Origin: Hyphomicrobium sp.
Lineage (GTDB): Bacteria; Pseudomonadota; Alphaproteobacteria; Rhizobiales; Hyphomicrobiaceae
Assembly (NCBI GenBank): GCA_002928395.1
Contig: PEQZ01000001.1
Span: 2,325-66,324, forward strand
DNA: 64,000 bases
Direction of reading: 5' to 3'
Below the pieces are notes generated by a model that was given only the letters and a program-made list of their open reading frames with translations, had not been told where the DNA came from and did no database searches. The number at the start of each line of letters is the position of its first letter. The stretch's first letter is position 1. This document shows positions 52,414 through 62,144 of the stretch, piece by piece. Made by a program: the position numbers and the translations under genes.

Positions 52414-53349
52414 TCAAACGCCCCATACCTCCGCGAGCTGCCGAGCTGCGGACTTGAGCATCGGGACGCGGTCACGCGCGCCTGGCACCGACAGCCTTGG
52501 TGACGGACCATGCAAAGCCAATGCGCCGAGGGCGCGACCGCTACGGTCCAGCACCGGCACGGCGGCCCCAACGATGCCCACGGTGAACTCCTCGTTGTTG
52601 ATCGCGTATCCCTCCTTGCGAATCCGCTCGAGCTCTTGACAGAGCGCGGCCGCCGACGTGATCGTCGTTGGCGTGAATGCGGCAAGTTTCGTCGACCGGA
52701 TCAGCGCCTCGCGCACATCCTGCTCGAGCCATGCGAGCAGCACTTTGCCGCCTGATGTACAGTAGGATGGAACGCGGCTTCCTGCCGTCAGGTGCACGCG
52801 CAGCGACCACTCGGCCTCGATGCGGTCGAGATAGACGAACTCGAGCCCGTCCAGGACGCCGATGTTGCAGGTTTCCCCTACCTTGCTGACGGTCGCCGCG
52901 AGAATTGCTCGTACTGGCGCACCCTGATTGCGGGTCAGCATTGCTGCCAGCGCCAACCGATTGAGCCGCGGTCCGATCGCATACCGGTCGCGCGAGGGGT
53001 CGCAAACGAGGAGCCCCGCGGCGCTCAACTGTTGCAGCACCCGATGTATGGTCTGGCGCGGAAGGCGGAGTTCGGCCGTCAGGTCCGGGAGTCCAACCGG
53101 CGTCCGATGGCCGACGATGGCCTCCAGCACCACCAGCGACTTCTCGAAGGCCGACAATCGATCGTTGGAGACCGGCAATGGGATATCGGTGTCCGGCGCC
53201 AGGGTTGGCTTTGCCGCGCGCGCCCGGCTCTGCTGCTCCAGCGCCCGGTGTGATCTCCGGGCTTTGAGCGGGTGTGTCGTGTGCGATGGTTTTGGCACTG
53301 GCGGCTGCTCCGTCTCGAATGCCCTACCGCTCACGCGGATCGGGCGCAC
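52414..53349 (-). CDS. IclR family transcriptional regulator (start uncertain)
   Basis: The HTH is FEKSLVVLEAIVGHRTPVGLPDLTAELRLPRQTIHRVLQQLSAAGLLV, followed by an IclR effector domain. The track ORF runs to a TTG at 53460 through an AT-rich palindromic promoter region. In-frame GTG (53349, 53334) or TTG (53178) starts are more plausible. Confidence 0.75.
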   Translation of the reverse strand: MRPIRVSGRAFETEQPPVPKPSHTTHPLKARRSHRALEQQSRARAAKPTLAPDTDIPLPVSNDRLSAFEKSLVVLEAIVGHRTPVGLPDLTAELRLPRQTIHRVLQQLSAAGLLVCDPSRDRYAIGPRLNRLALAAMLTRNQGAPVRAILAATVSKVGETCNIGVLDGLEFVYLDRIEAEWSLRVHLTAGSRVPSYCTSGGKVLLAWLEQDVREALIRSTKLAAFTPTTITSAAALCQELERIRKEGYAINNEEFTVGIVGAAVPVLDRSGRALGALALHGPSPRLSVPGARDRVPMLKSAARQLAEVWGV

Positions 53350-53416
53350 ATTCGATGCCCGATTCCGACGGCGTCCCCGCCGAGACGTCTTGACAATCGG
53401 AGCGGGTGCTGAAATT

Positions 53417-53435
53417 TTAGGACATGGCGTCCTAA
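53417..53435. promoter_or_regulatory. Inverted repeat TTAGGAC-N5-GTCCTAA between the IclR gene and the TTT transporter operon
   Basis: A perfect 7-bp inverted repeat in the AT-rich divergent region (...gaaatTTTAGGACatggcGTCCTAAttatc...). It is a candidate IclR operator. Confidence 0.35.
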
Positions 53436-53514
53436 TTATCAAACACAACATCGCCAACAAAAAAACAATTCAGTGCACTTGCGGCTCGAAGCCGTGTCCC
53501 GGGAGGAAGTTGCC

Positions 53515-54483
53515 GTGTTCGAACGTCACATCGCCTGCGTCGTCGCGGGGCTCGCTGCCGCCGCATTCGTGAGCACTTCGGTACTTGTTCCGCTGGCTCG
53601 GGCGGACGAAAAATATCCTGCGCGCGCGGTCGAATTCATCGTGCCCTGGGGTCCGGGCGGCGGCGCCGATCAGCTGGCGCGGCTCGTCGGCAAGCTCGCC
53701 GAGCCGATGCTCGGGCAAGGATTGCCGGTGGTCAATGTTGCTGGCGGAACCGGCGCAACGGGCATGGCCAAGCTTCTGGCCGCGCCGGCCGACGGCTATG
53801 CCATGGCGGTCTACATCGCCGACAGCCATGCCTTGCTCGCTGGCAACAATCCGCGCTGGCAATTGTCCGACGTGGCGCCCGTCGCCGTCATGCTACAAGG
53901 CCCGTCATTCATTTTCGTGCCCGAAAACAGCCCATATAAAACCTGGGCCGACTTCGAGAAGGCCGCCAAGGAAAAGCCCGGCACGTTGAAAGTGGCGACG
54001 CTCGGGTTCGGCAGCGTCGACGATTTCTCGCTGAAGAGCCTCGATGCCAAGGGCGTCAAGGTCGTGCAGGTCCCGTTCGCCAAGCCGAGTGAGCGCTATG
54101 TCTCGATCCTCGGCGGGCACGCAGACGCTCTTTACGAGCAGGCCGGCGATGTAGCGTCCTTCATCGCGGGCAAGCAGATGCGGCCGTTGATGATCTTCGG
54201 CAAGACGCGGCATCCCTCCTTCAAGGACACGCCGACGTCGCACGAACTCGGCTACAACGTCGCGCTCCCGCAGTTCCGCTCGATCGTGGTGCGGGCAGGA
54301 ACGCCGACCGACAAGATCAGCGCCCTGTCCACGACGCTCGCGAAGATCGCGGCAACGCCGGAGTACAAGGCGTTTCTCGCGGAGCAGTTTGCCGATCCGG
54401 ACAGCTTCATCGACGCCAGCAAGGCAGGCGCGTACCTCGATGCCCAGCTTGTTGAAATGAAGGCGCTGGCGGCATCGAAATGA
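53515..54483 (+). CDS. Tripartite tricarboxylate transporter substrate-binding protein (TctC/Bug family)
   Basis: I prefer the GTG at 53515 (GGAGGA upstream); the track ORF starts at 53473. The signal peptide is VFERHIACVVAGLAAAAFVSTSVLVPLARA. The Bug-family core is YPARAVEFIVPWGPGGGADQLARL...VVNVAGGTGATG. Confidence 0.85.
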   Translation: MFERHIACVVAGLAAAAFVSTSVLVPLARADEKYPARAVEFIVPWGPGGGADQLARLVGKLAEPMLGQGLPVVNVAGGTGATGMAKLLAAPADGYAMAVYIADSHALLAGNNPRWQLSDVAPVAVMLQGPSFIFVPENSPYKTWADFEKAAKEKPGTLKVATLGFGSVDDFSLKSLDAKGVKVVQVPFAKPSERYVSILGGHADALYEQAGDVASFIAGKQMRPLMIFGKTRHPSFKDTPTSHELGYNVALPQFRSIVVRAGTPTDKISALSTTLAKIAATPEYKAFLAEQFADPDSFIDASKAGAYLDAQLVEMKALAASK

Positions 54484-55040
54484 ACCCGTACGGCAAGCTC
54501 ATCGCCTGCGTGCCTTATCTATTCGTGCTGGCCGCCGCAGCGGCGCTGTGGCGGCTCACCTTCGACGTGACCTTCGACGCTCAACCCGGCCAACTGTCGC
54601 CGACGTTCTGGCCGCGGCTGGCTATCGGTCTCATGGCGATTTCCGCTCTGGTCGAGATGGCGCGCTTGGCACTGACCAAGAACGGCGTTTCGACCATTGC
54701 CGGGATCGGGCGGACCCTCGAGCGGTCCGGCGACGACGACACGGACGACGGTGATCTTCAACGCAGGCCGCTGCTCCTCATCGGCGGCGTGGCTCTCACG
54801 CTTGGGTTCGCGGGGCTCGTCACGACGCTCGGGTTCCTGCCGTCGACCTTCATCTTCCTGGTCGTCTTCATGTACCTGGGCGGCTACCGAAATCACGCGG
54901 TGATCTGGCTCTCGGCCGTGATCGGCACCCTCGTGTTCGCCATCGTTTTCCTGAAGGTCGTCTACGTGTCGCTGCCGCGAGGCACCGCGCCGTTCGATCA
55001 GGTGACGCAAGCGGTTGTCGATCTCTTGGCGAAATTCTGA
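54480..55040 (+). CDS. Tripartite tricarboxylate transporter TctB family small membrane protein
   Basis: 186 aa with 4 TM segments. Its ATGA overlaps the tctC stop, in the canonical tctCBA order. Confidence 0.75.
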   Translation: MNPYGKLIACVPYLFVLAAAAALWRLTFDVTFDAQPGQLSPTFWPRLAIGLMAISALVEMARLALTKNGVSTIAGIGRTLERSGDDDTDDGDLQRRPLLLIGGVALTLGFAGLVTTLGFLPSTFIFLVVFMYLGGYRNHAVIWLSAVIGTLVFAIVFLKVVYVSLPRGTAPFDQVTQAVVDLLAKF

Positions 55041-55070
55041 GCCGGCTCAAGCGGCATAGAAGGTTCTAGA

Positions 55071-56579
55071 ATGCTCGACATCCTCGCCCAGCTCGGCACC
55101 GGCTTTCTGCACTGCTTCGAGCCGCTCAATCTGTTGATGATCTTGGTCGGCATAGTCGTCGGCTTGCTGGTCGGCGTGCTGCCGGGATTGACGCTCGTCA
55201 TGGGCGTGATCCTGGTGCTGCCCTTCACCTACAAGATGCCGATCACGCCATCGATCGTCCTGTTGACGGCGATGTACGTGTCCGGCACCTACGGCGGCGC
55301 CTTCACGTCGATCCTGTTCCGCATCCCAGGCGAGCCGATCCATGTTCCGCTGCTGTGGGACGGCTATGCCATGGCGCGCCAGGGCAAGCCAGCCAAGGCG
55401 TTGGGCTGGACGCTGGTGGCGGCACTCGGCGGCGGCCTGCTGTCATGGGTCATATTGGTATTGCTGACCAAGCCCGTTGCCGACTTCGCCCTCAAGTTTT
55501 CGACGCCGGAATACTTCGCCATCGTGGCCTTCGGCCTCGCCAGCGTCATCGCGCTCGGCAAGGGTGGCCTGGCGAACGCCTTCATAAGCCTATCCCTCGG
55601 CCTGCTCGTCGCCTCCGTCGGCACGGATGCGACCTATGGCGCCTATCGGTTCACGCTCGGCCTGCCGCTGCTGGCCGATGGCATTGAATTTCTCGTGGTC
55701 ATGGTCGGTGCCTACGGCGTCGGCGAGGTCTTGACGCGGCTCGAAACCGGGTTCTCCGGCAAGCCGATCGAGGGTGTTGCCACCGCCCAGACCGAGCTGC
55801 CGACGCTCGCGGAAATCGGGGCGCTCAAGGGCATGTTCCTGCGCTCCGCCATCCTCGGCAATATCATCGGAATCGTTCCGGGCGCCGGGGCGACGATTGC
55901 GTCGTTCGTCAGTTACGGCGTCGAATCGCAGTTCGGCCGCCACCGCGCCAAGATGGGGTCCGGCATTCCGGAGGGCATCGTCGCGCCGCAATGCGCGGCG
56001 ACTGCATCGGTTGGCGGCGCTCTCATTCCGTTGCTGGCGCTCGGACTGCCCGGCAGCGGTGCAACCGCAGTCATCCTCGGCGCCTTCATGCTGCACGGCA
56101 TCCAACCGGGCCCGCAGGTGCTGATCACCTCCGGCCCGCTCATCTACACCATATTCGCTTCACTCCTGATCGGCACGCTCCTGATGTGCGCGCTCGGCTA
56201 CTTCGCCATTCGCCCGCTGGTCAAGATCCTCGACTTCCCCGAGGCCGTGGTGTCCGCCTTCGTGATGATCCTCTGCTTCGTCGGCGCGCTGTCGATCCGC
56301 GGCAACATCACCGATCTCTACCTGATGATCGGGTTCGGGTTGATCGGTTACCTGTTCGAGCGCCTGAAATTTGCGATCGCGCCGATGGTGCTCGGCGTGA
56401 TCCTCGGACCGATCGCCGAAGAAAGCTTCATGAATGCGATGATCAGTTTCGGCAACGACTGGACCGTGTTCTTCACGCGACCTATCTCGGGGTCGATCAT
56501 GGCGCTGACGATCCTCACCCTGCTGCTGCCGGTGATCGCATCCTTGAGGGATCGATCGAAGGCTGCGGTACCGCTCTGA
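55071..56579 (+). CDS. Tripartite tricarboxylate transporter TctA family large permease
   Basis: 502 aa and polytopic, with the TctA-type pattern (GLLVGVLPGLTLVMGVILVLPF...IVPGAGATIASFVSYG...). Confidence 0.9.
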   Translation: MLDILAQLGTGFLHCFEPLNLLMILVGIVVGLLVGVLPGLTLVMGVILVLPFTYKMPITPSIVLLTAMYVSGTYGGAFTSILFRIPGEPIHVPLLWDGYAMARQGKPAKALGWTLVAALGGGLLSWVILVLLTKPVADFALKFSTPEYFAIVAFGLASVIALGKGGLANAFISLSLGLLVASVGTDATYGAYRFTLGLPLLADGIEFLVVMVGAYGVGEVLTRLETGFSGKPIEGVATAQTELPTLAEIGALKGMFLRSAILGNIIGIVPGAGATIASFVSYGVESQFGRHRAKMGSGIPEGIVAPQCAATASVGGALIPLLALGLPGSGATAVILGAFMLHGIQPGPQVLITSGPLIYTIFASLLIGTLLMCALGYFAIRPLVKILDFPEAVVSAFVMILCFVGALSIRGNITDLYLMIGFGLIGYLFERLKFAIAPMVLGVILGPIAEESFMNAMISFGNDWTVFFTRPISGSIMALTILTLLLPVIASLRDRSKAAVPL

Positions 56580-56656
56580 CAGCACCGAAACGAACAAAGT
56601 CCAATGGCGCCCTTGCGCACGCGCGCAGACCCCGCGAACGAGAGTGATCCCTAGCT

Positions 56657-58099
56657 ATGACAGACGCAGCCCGCCGCCTCGCCAACTCAGGCACCGATGC
56701 CGCCCCGATCATCGCAGCGACGATTGCGCGCGCGCGTGCGGCCATGGCGACCTACGCAACCGAGATCGCGACGCTTGGTCAGCCCCGCATCGACGAAGCC
56801 GTCACCGCGCTCGCGTGGTCCATCTACAAACCGGACAATGCGCGGCGTTTGGCCGAGATCGCGGTCGAGGTGACGGGGCTCGGCAATGTCGAGAGCAAGG
56901 TCATCAAGAACACCCGCAAGACCTTCGGCACACTCCGCGACCTGCTTCGTGCCAAGTCGACCGGCATCATCGAGGAGCTGCCCGAGCGGGGCCTCGTCAA
57001 ATGGGCCAAGCCCGTCGGCGTGGTCGCGGCCATCACGCCATCGACCAATCCGTCCGCGACGCCGGTCAACAAGGCGATGATGGCCTTGAAGGGCGGTAAC
57101 GCCATCGTCATAGCGCCGCCACCGTCGGCCTGGGCCGCGTCGGAACCCACCGTCGCCGTGATGCGTGCCGAGCTTGCCCGCATCGGTCTGCCGCCCGATC
57201 TCGTGCAGATCCTGCCCAACCCGATCACGCGCGAGACCACCAACGAGCTGATGCTGCAAGCCGATCTCGTCGTCTGCACCGGCAGCCAGAAGAACGTGCG
57301 CCAGGCCTATTCGTCGGGTAAGCCGGCGCTCGGCGTCGGTCTCGGGAATGTGCCGGTCGTCATCGATGCCTCGGCCGACCTCGATTTAGCCGCCCACAAA
57401 ATCATGTTGTCGAAGACCTTCGACAACGCGACATCGTGCTCGTCGGAGAACGCCATCGTCATCGTCGACAGCGTCTATGATGCCGCGATTGCCGCTCTCG
57501 CGCGTGCGGGCGGCTATCTCGCCACGGCCGAAGAGCGACAGCGCATCGTCGAGCGGCTGTGGGTTGGCAGCCAGCTCAACCGCAACGTCATCGCGCAGGG
57601 GCCGGACGCGCTGGTCCGCGTGTTCGATCTCGCGCCGGCATCGACCGGCTGCAAATTCGTGATGGCCGAGGAATCAGGTATCGGCGCCGCGCATCCCTTG
57701 TCGGGCGAAAAGCTCTCGCTCGTGCTCGCCATCTATCGGGCGCGGGATTTCACCGACGCCAAGCGCATCGTCAAAGACATTCTCGCCTACCAGGGTCGCG
57801 GCCATTCCTGCGGCATCCACACCGCCGACCTCGAACACGCCCGCGAACTCGCCCGCGACATCGACGTGGTGCGCGTGCTCGTCAACCAGCCGCACACCTT
57901 CGGCAACGGCGGCGGCTTCGATAACGGCCTGCCGTTCACACTGACCATGGGCTGCGGCAGCTGGCAGGCCAACTCGTTCTCGGACAATCTCAACTGGCGG
58001 CTGTTCGTGAACATCACCCACCTTGTGACGACCATCCCCGAGGACAAACCCTCCGAGGACGCGCTGTTCGGTGCGTTCTGGCAGAAGTACGGAAAGTAG
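56657..58099 (+). CDS. CoA-acylating aldehyde dehydrogenase (EutE/AdhE-N type; candidate sulfoacetaldehyde dehydrogenase (acylating), SauS-like)
   Basis: 480 aa. The pattern AITPSTNPSATPVNKAMMALKGGNAIV with the catalytic Cys context FDNATSCSSENAIV is the acylating ALDH layout. It lies directly upstream of a SucCD-like ligase and an Xsc-like gene. Confidence 0.8.
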   Translation: MTDAARRLANSGTDAAPIIAATIARARAAMATYATEIATLGQPRIDEAVTALAWSIYKPDNARRLAEIAVEVTGLGNVESKVIKNTRKTFGTLRDLLRAKSTGIIEELPERGLVKWAKPVGVVAAITPSTNPSATPVNKAMMALKGGNAIVIAPPPSAWAASEPTVAVMRAELARIGLPPDLVQILPNPITRETTNELMLQADLVVCTGSQKNVRQAYSSGKPALGVGLGNVPVVIDASADLDLAAHKIMLSKTFDNATSCSSENAIVIVDSVYDAAIAALARAGGYLATAEERQRIVERLWVGSQLNRNVIAQGPDALVRVFDLAPASTGCKFVMAEESGIGAAHPLSGEKLSLVLAIYRARDFTDAKRIVKDILAYQGRGHSCGIHTADLEHARELARDIDVVRVLVNQPHTFGNGGGFDNGLPFTLTMGCGSWQANSFSDNLNWRLFVNITHLVTTIPEDKPSEDALFGAFWQKYGK

Positions 58100-58101
58100 C
58101 G

Positions 58102-59241
58102 ATGAACTTCGAAGAACACGCCGCAAAACCGCTCATGGCATTGAACGGCATCACCGTGCCGCCGAGCCGGCTGGCGCTCGATCCGGTCGAAGCCGAAGCC
58201 GCCGCCGCCGCGATCGGGCCGTGCGTGGTCAAGGCCCAGGTGCCGGCGGGCAAGCGCGGCAAGGCCGGCGGCATCAAGCTCGCCGCCAATCCCGCCGAGG
58301 CACGCCGACACGCGGAAGCGATCATCGGCCTCGTCATCGGCGGCTGGCCCGTCGAGAAGGTGCTGATCGAAGCGCAAACGCCCATCGCACGCGAACTCTA
58401 CGCGGCAATCGTCAACGACAGCGCTTCCAAAGGCCCGATGCTGTTGTTCTCGCCGATGGGCGGCATGGACGTGGAAGAAGCCGCCGCCGCCGATCCCGCC
58501 GCCATGCGCCGCCTCCCGATCGCCATCGAGCATGGCCTCGGCGCCGCGACCGCACACAAGGCGATATCCGGCCTCGGCCTCGAAGCCGTCGCGCCGGCCC
58601 TCGTCGACGTGCTCCTCAACCTCTACCGCGCCTACCGTTCCCTCGATGCCGAGCTTATCGAAATCAATCCGCTGGTCGTGACCCCCGACAACCGCGTCAT
58701 CGCGCTCGACTGCAAGCTCACCATCGACGACAGCGCCGCATCCCGCCAGGTCCAAGCCGCAGCACTCGCCGCCCCCGTGCAGCAGACCGTGCTCGAAGCC
58801 AAGGCGGCCGAAGCCGGCCTCAAATACATCGAGCTCGGCGGCGAGGTCGGCGTGCTGGCCAATGGCGCGGGGCTCACCATGACCACCATGGACGTCATCG
58901 CCCACTACGGCGGCCAGCCGGCCAACTTCCTCGAAATCGGCGGCGAGGCATACACCAAGTCCAAGGTCGCCCTTTCGATTCTGCTCGAGAACCCCAACGT
59001 GAAGAGCCTGCTCGTCAACTTCTGCGGCGCCTTCGCGCGCACGGATGTGATGGCTGAAGGCGTCATCAACGCGTGGGAGGATCTGAAGCCTGAAATCCCG
59101 ATCTTCTTTTCGATCCACGGCACCGGCGCCGACGCCGCCGTCGCGCTCGTCAAGTCGCGCCTCGGCATCGAGCCGTTCGATCTCATGGATGATGCCGTGA
59201 AGGCGGCCGTCGCCGCAGCAGCCGGGAGGACCCAGGCATGA
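58102..59241 (+). CDS. ADP-forming acyl-CoA synthetase beta subunit (SucC-like ATP-grasp)
   Basis: 379 aa: MNFEEHAAKPLMALNGITVP...VVKAQVPAGKRGKAGGIKLA...EINPL...GVLANGAGLTMTTMD. The gap from the ALDH gene is 2 nt, and it overlaps the alpha-subunit gene by 4 nt. Confidence 0.85.
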   Translation: MNFEEHAAKPLMALNGITVPPSRLALDPVEAEAAAAAIGPCVVKAQVPAGKRGKAGGIKLAANPAEARRHAEAIIGLVIGGWPVEKVLIEAQTPIARELYAAIVNDSASKGPMLLFSPMGGMDVEEAAAADPAAMRRLPIAIEHGLGAATAHKAISGLGLEAVAPALVDVLLNLYRAYRSLDAELIEINPLVVTPDNRVIALDCKLTIDDSAASRQVQAAALAAPVQQTVLEAKAAEAGLKYIELGGEVGVLANGAGLTMTTMDVIAHYGGQPANFLEIGGEAYTKSKVALSILLENPNVKSLLVNFCGAFARTDVMAEGVINAWEDLKPEIPIFFSIHGTGADAAVALVKSRLGIEPFDLMDDAVKAAVAAAAGRTQA

Positions 59242-60143
59242 TCCCACGCAAAGCCGATCGCATCCTCATCCAAGGCATCACCGGCAAGCAGGGCTCGTTC
59301 TGGTCGAAGGCCATGCAGGACTACGGCTCGACCATCGTCGCCGGCGTCAATCCTGCGAAGGCCGGCTCGGAGCACCTCGGCGTGCCGGTGTTCGCAAGCG
59401 CGCGCGAGGCCGCGAAGTCCACGCCATTCGATATCGCGTGCATGTTCATCCCGCCTATGCTCGCCAAGGTCGCCGCCATCGATGCCTGCGAAGCCGGTGC
59501 GAAACTTCTCGTTTGCCTCACCGAGCACATCCCCGCCCACGACGTCATGGAAATGCACGTCGCCGCGCGCGCCACCGGCACCCGCATCGTCGGCCCCAAC
59601 ACGGCGGGTCTCGTCACGGTGGGTGAATGCTTCATCGGCATCATGCCGGCCTTCAACGACCGCGTGTTCCGTCCTGGCCACGTCGGCGTCATCTCGCGCT
59701 CGGGCAGCCTCGGCACGCTGGTCAGCCTCAACCTCACCCAGTCCGGGCTCGGGCAATCCGTGTTCTATGGGGTCGGCGGTGATCCCATGATCGGCACCAA
59801 CACGGCGGACGCACTTCGCATCCTCGACGGGGACGCCGGCACCCACGCCATCGTGCTCTGCGGCGAGATCGGCGGCACTGCCGAGGAGGAAGCCGCCGAC
59901 TACGCCCGCTCCATGACAAAGCCCGTAGTCGCCTTCCTCGCAGGCCGCCAATCGCCACCTGACAAGAAAATGGGTCACGCCGGTGCCATCGTGTCCGGGG
60001 GCAAAGGCGACTACGCGTCGAAGCGGAAGGCACTCGAAGATGCGGGCGTCACCGTCGCCGACCTGCCGAGCCAGATCCCGGCCCTCATCGCCGCGCGGCT
60101 CACCGCAACGGCTTCGAACGACGCACCTCGAAGCCCACGCTAG
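59238..60143 (+). CDS. ADP-forming acyl-CoA synthetase alpha subunit (SucD-like)
   Basis: 301 aa with [24 protein letters not shown] and the phosphohistidine loop [11 protein letters not shown]. Confidence 0.85.
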   Translation: MIPRKADRILIQGITGKQGSFWSKAMQDYGSTIVAGVNPAKAGSEHLGVPVFASAREAAKSTPFDIACMFIPPMLAKVAAIDACEAGAKLLVCLTEHIPAHDVMEMHVAARATGTRIVGPNTAGLVTVGECFIGIMPAFNDRVFRPGHVGVISRSGSLGTLVSLNLTQSGLGQSVFYGVGGDPMIGTNTADALRILDGDAGTHAIVLCGEIGGTAEEEAADYARSMTKPVVAFLAGRQSPPDKKMGHAGAIVSGGKGDYASKRKALEDAGVTVADLPSQIPALIAARLTATASNDAPRSPR

Positions 60144-60220
60144 AGTCGCTCGAGCGATCCAATGGGCGTTTCGATCCGAATACTCGTTGCCTGCCACGAA
60201 TTCAAAAAAGGAACCGCCGC

Positions 60221-61999
60221 ATGCGCATGACCACCGAGGAAGCCTTCGTCAAAGTGCTGCAGATGCATGGCATCCAGCATGCCTTCGGTATCATCGGCTC
60301 GGCCATGATGCCGATTTCGGATTTGTTCCCCAAGGCGGGCATCAAGTTCTGGGACTGCGCGCACGAGTGCTCGGCCGGCATGATCGCTGACGGCTACACG
60401 CGTGCGACCGGCAAGATGAGCATGGCCATTGCCCAGAACGGCCCCGGCATCACCAACTTCGTGACGCCGATCAAAACCGCCTACTGGAACCACACGCCGC
60501 TGTTGCTGGTCACGCCGCAGGCCGCCAATCGCACCATCGGCCAGGGCGGCTTCCAGGAAATGAAGCAGATGGCGCTGTTTGAGGATTGCGTGGCCTACCA
60601 GGAGGAGGTGCGCGATCCCTCGCGTATCGCCGAGGTCTTGAACCGTGTCATCGAGCGCGCGTGGCGCTTCTCGGCACCGGCCCAGATCAACGTACCCCGC
60701 GACTATTGGACTCAGATCGTCGATATCGAACTTCCGCAGCGCGTGCAGTTCGAACGGCCGGCTGGCGGCGACGACGCGATCACCGAAGCCGCTCGCCTGC
60801 TGTCGGGCGCCAAGTTCCCCGTCATCCTCAATGGGGCGGGCGTCGTCATCGGCGGTGCCATCGATGTCAGCCGCAAGCTCGCCGAACGGCTCGATGCGCC
60901 GGTCTGCTGCGGCTATCAGCACAATGACGCCTTCCCCGGTTCGCATCCGCTCGCCTGCGGCCCGCTCGGCTACAATGGCTCGAAAGCGGCGATGGAGTTG
61001 ATCGCCAAGGCCGACGTGGTGCTCGCACTCGGCACACGGCTCAACCCGTTTTCGACGCTGCCCGGCTACGGCATCGACTACTGGCCGAAAAATGCCAAGA
61101 TCATCCAGGTCGACATCAACCCGGATCGCATCGGTCTCACCAAGAAAGTCTCGGTCGGCATCTGCGGCGACGCCAAGAAGGTCGCCGATGGCATCCTCGC
61201 ACGATTGACGCCGAATGCGGGCGACGCCGGCCGCGCCGAGCGAAAGGCGCTCATCCATCAGACCAAGTCGGCCTGGCGGCAAACCCTCGCTTCCATGGAC
61301 CACGAGGACGACGATCCAGGCACCACCTGGAACGAGCGCGCGCGCAAGCGTGAACCCGAGCGCATGTCGCCGCGCATGGCCTGGCGCGCGATCCAGGATG
61401 CGCTACCGCGGAATGCGATCATCTCGAGCGACATCGGCAACAACTGTGCCATCGGCAACGCCTACCCGAGCTTCGAGGAGGGCAGGAAATACTTGGCGCC
61501 CGGTCTATTCGGTCCGTGCGGCTACGGCTTCCCGTCCATTCTCGGCGCCAAGATCGGCCAGCCCGATGTGCCGTGTGTCGGCTTCGCGGGCGATGGCGCG
61601 TTCGGCATATCAATGAACGAGATGACGGCCTGCGGCCGCAACGATTGGCCCGGCATCACCATGGTCATCTTCCGGAACTACCAGTGGGGCGCCGAAAAGC
61701 GCAACACCACGCTATGGTACAGCGACAACTTCGTCGGCACGGAGCTCAATCTCGGTGTCGAGTACGCGAAGGTCGCCGAAGGCTGTGGTGTCAAGGGCGT
61801 GCAGGTCCGCTCGATGGAGAGCCTCACGTCCACACTCCGCTCGGCGATCGACGCGCAGATGACGAACAACACCACGACCTTCATCGAGGTGGTGTTGAAC
61901 CAGGAGTTGGGTGAGCCGTTCCGCCGCGACGCCATGAAAGCCCCTGTCGTCGTCGCCGGCATCGACCCTGCCGACATGCGGCCGCAACAACCGGCGTGA
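60221..61999 (+). CDS. xsc: Sulfoacetaldehyde acetyltransferase (ThDP-dependent, Xsc)
   Basis: 592 aa. The N-terminus MRMTTEEAFVKVLQMHGIQHAFGIIGSAMMPISDLFPKAGIKFWDCAHE matches the characteristic Xsc N-terminus as I remember it. The ThDP motif is GFAGDGAFGISMNEMT...N. A phosphotransacylase gene lies adjacent. Confidence 0.8.
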   Translation: MRMTTEEAFVKVLQMHGIQHAFGIIGSAMMPISDLFPKAGIKFWDCAHECSAGMIADGYTRATGKMSMAIAQNGPGITNFVTPIKTAYWNHTPLLLVTPQAANRTIGQGGFQEMKQMALFEDCVAYQEEVRDPSRIAEVLNRVIERAWRFSAPAQINVPRDYWTQIVDIELPQRVQFERPAGGDDAITEAARLLSGAKFPVILNGAGVVIGGAIDVSRKLAERLDAPVCCGYQHNDAFPGSHPLACGPLGYNGSKAAMELIAKADVVLALGTRLNPFSTLPGYGIDYWPKNAKIIQVDINPDRIGLTKKVSVGICGDAKKVADGILARLTPNAGDAGRAERKALIHQTKSAWRQTLASMDHEDDDPGTTWNERARKREPERMSPRMAWRAIQDALPRNAIISSDIGNNCAIGNAYPSFEEGRKYLAPGLFGPCGYGFPSILGAKIGQPDVPCVGFAGDGAFGISMNEMTACGRNDWPGITMVIFRNYQWGAEKRNTTLWYSDNFVGTELNLGVEYAKVAEGCGVKGVQVRSMESLTSTLRSAIDAQMTNNTTTFIEVVLNQELGEPFRRDAMKAPVVVAGIDPADMRPQQPA

Positions 62000-62144
62000 A
62001 CTGATCGCGGCAGTGGCTACCCCCTGTCATGTCCGTGTTCATGCCGGACGAGCCTTTCCTCGATCTCTCCCTGGCCGGGCTCGACCCGGCCATCCAGACT
62101 TCCCATCGCGCACGGTCCGCTGCGTCTGATCGACGTCAAGCGCT

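Noticed and set aside
57787-61303. Long minus-strand ORFs (57787-59247, 58905-60197, 60140-61303) across the ALDH/SucCD-like/xsc operon
   Set aside because: They are antisense shadows of four tightly coupled, motif-bearing plus-strand genes. Their composition (Gly/Asp/Arg/His-rich) is non-protein-like.
62073-62091. Hairpin GGCCGGG-ctcga-CCCGGCC between the convergent xsc and pta as a bidirectional terminator
   Set aside because: The stem is plausible, but there is no U-tract on either strand. I left it unannotated.
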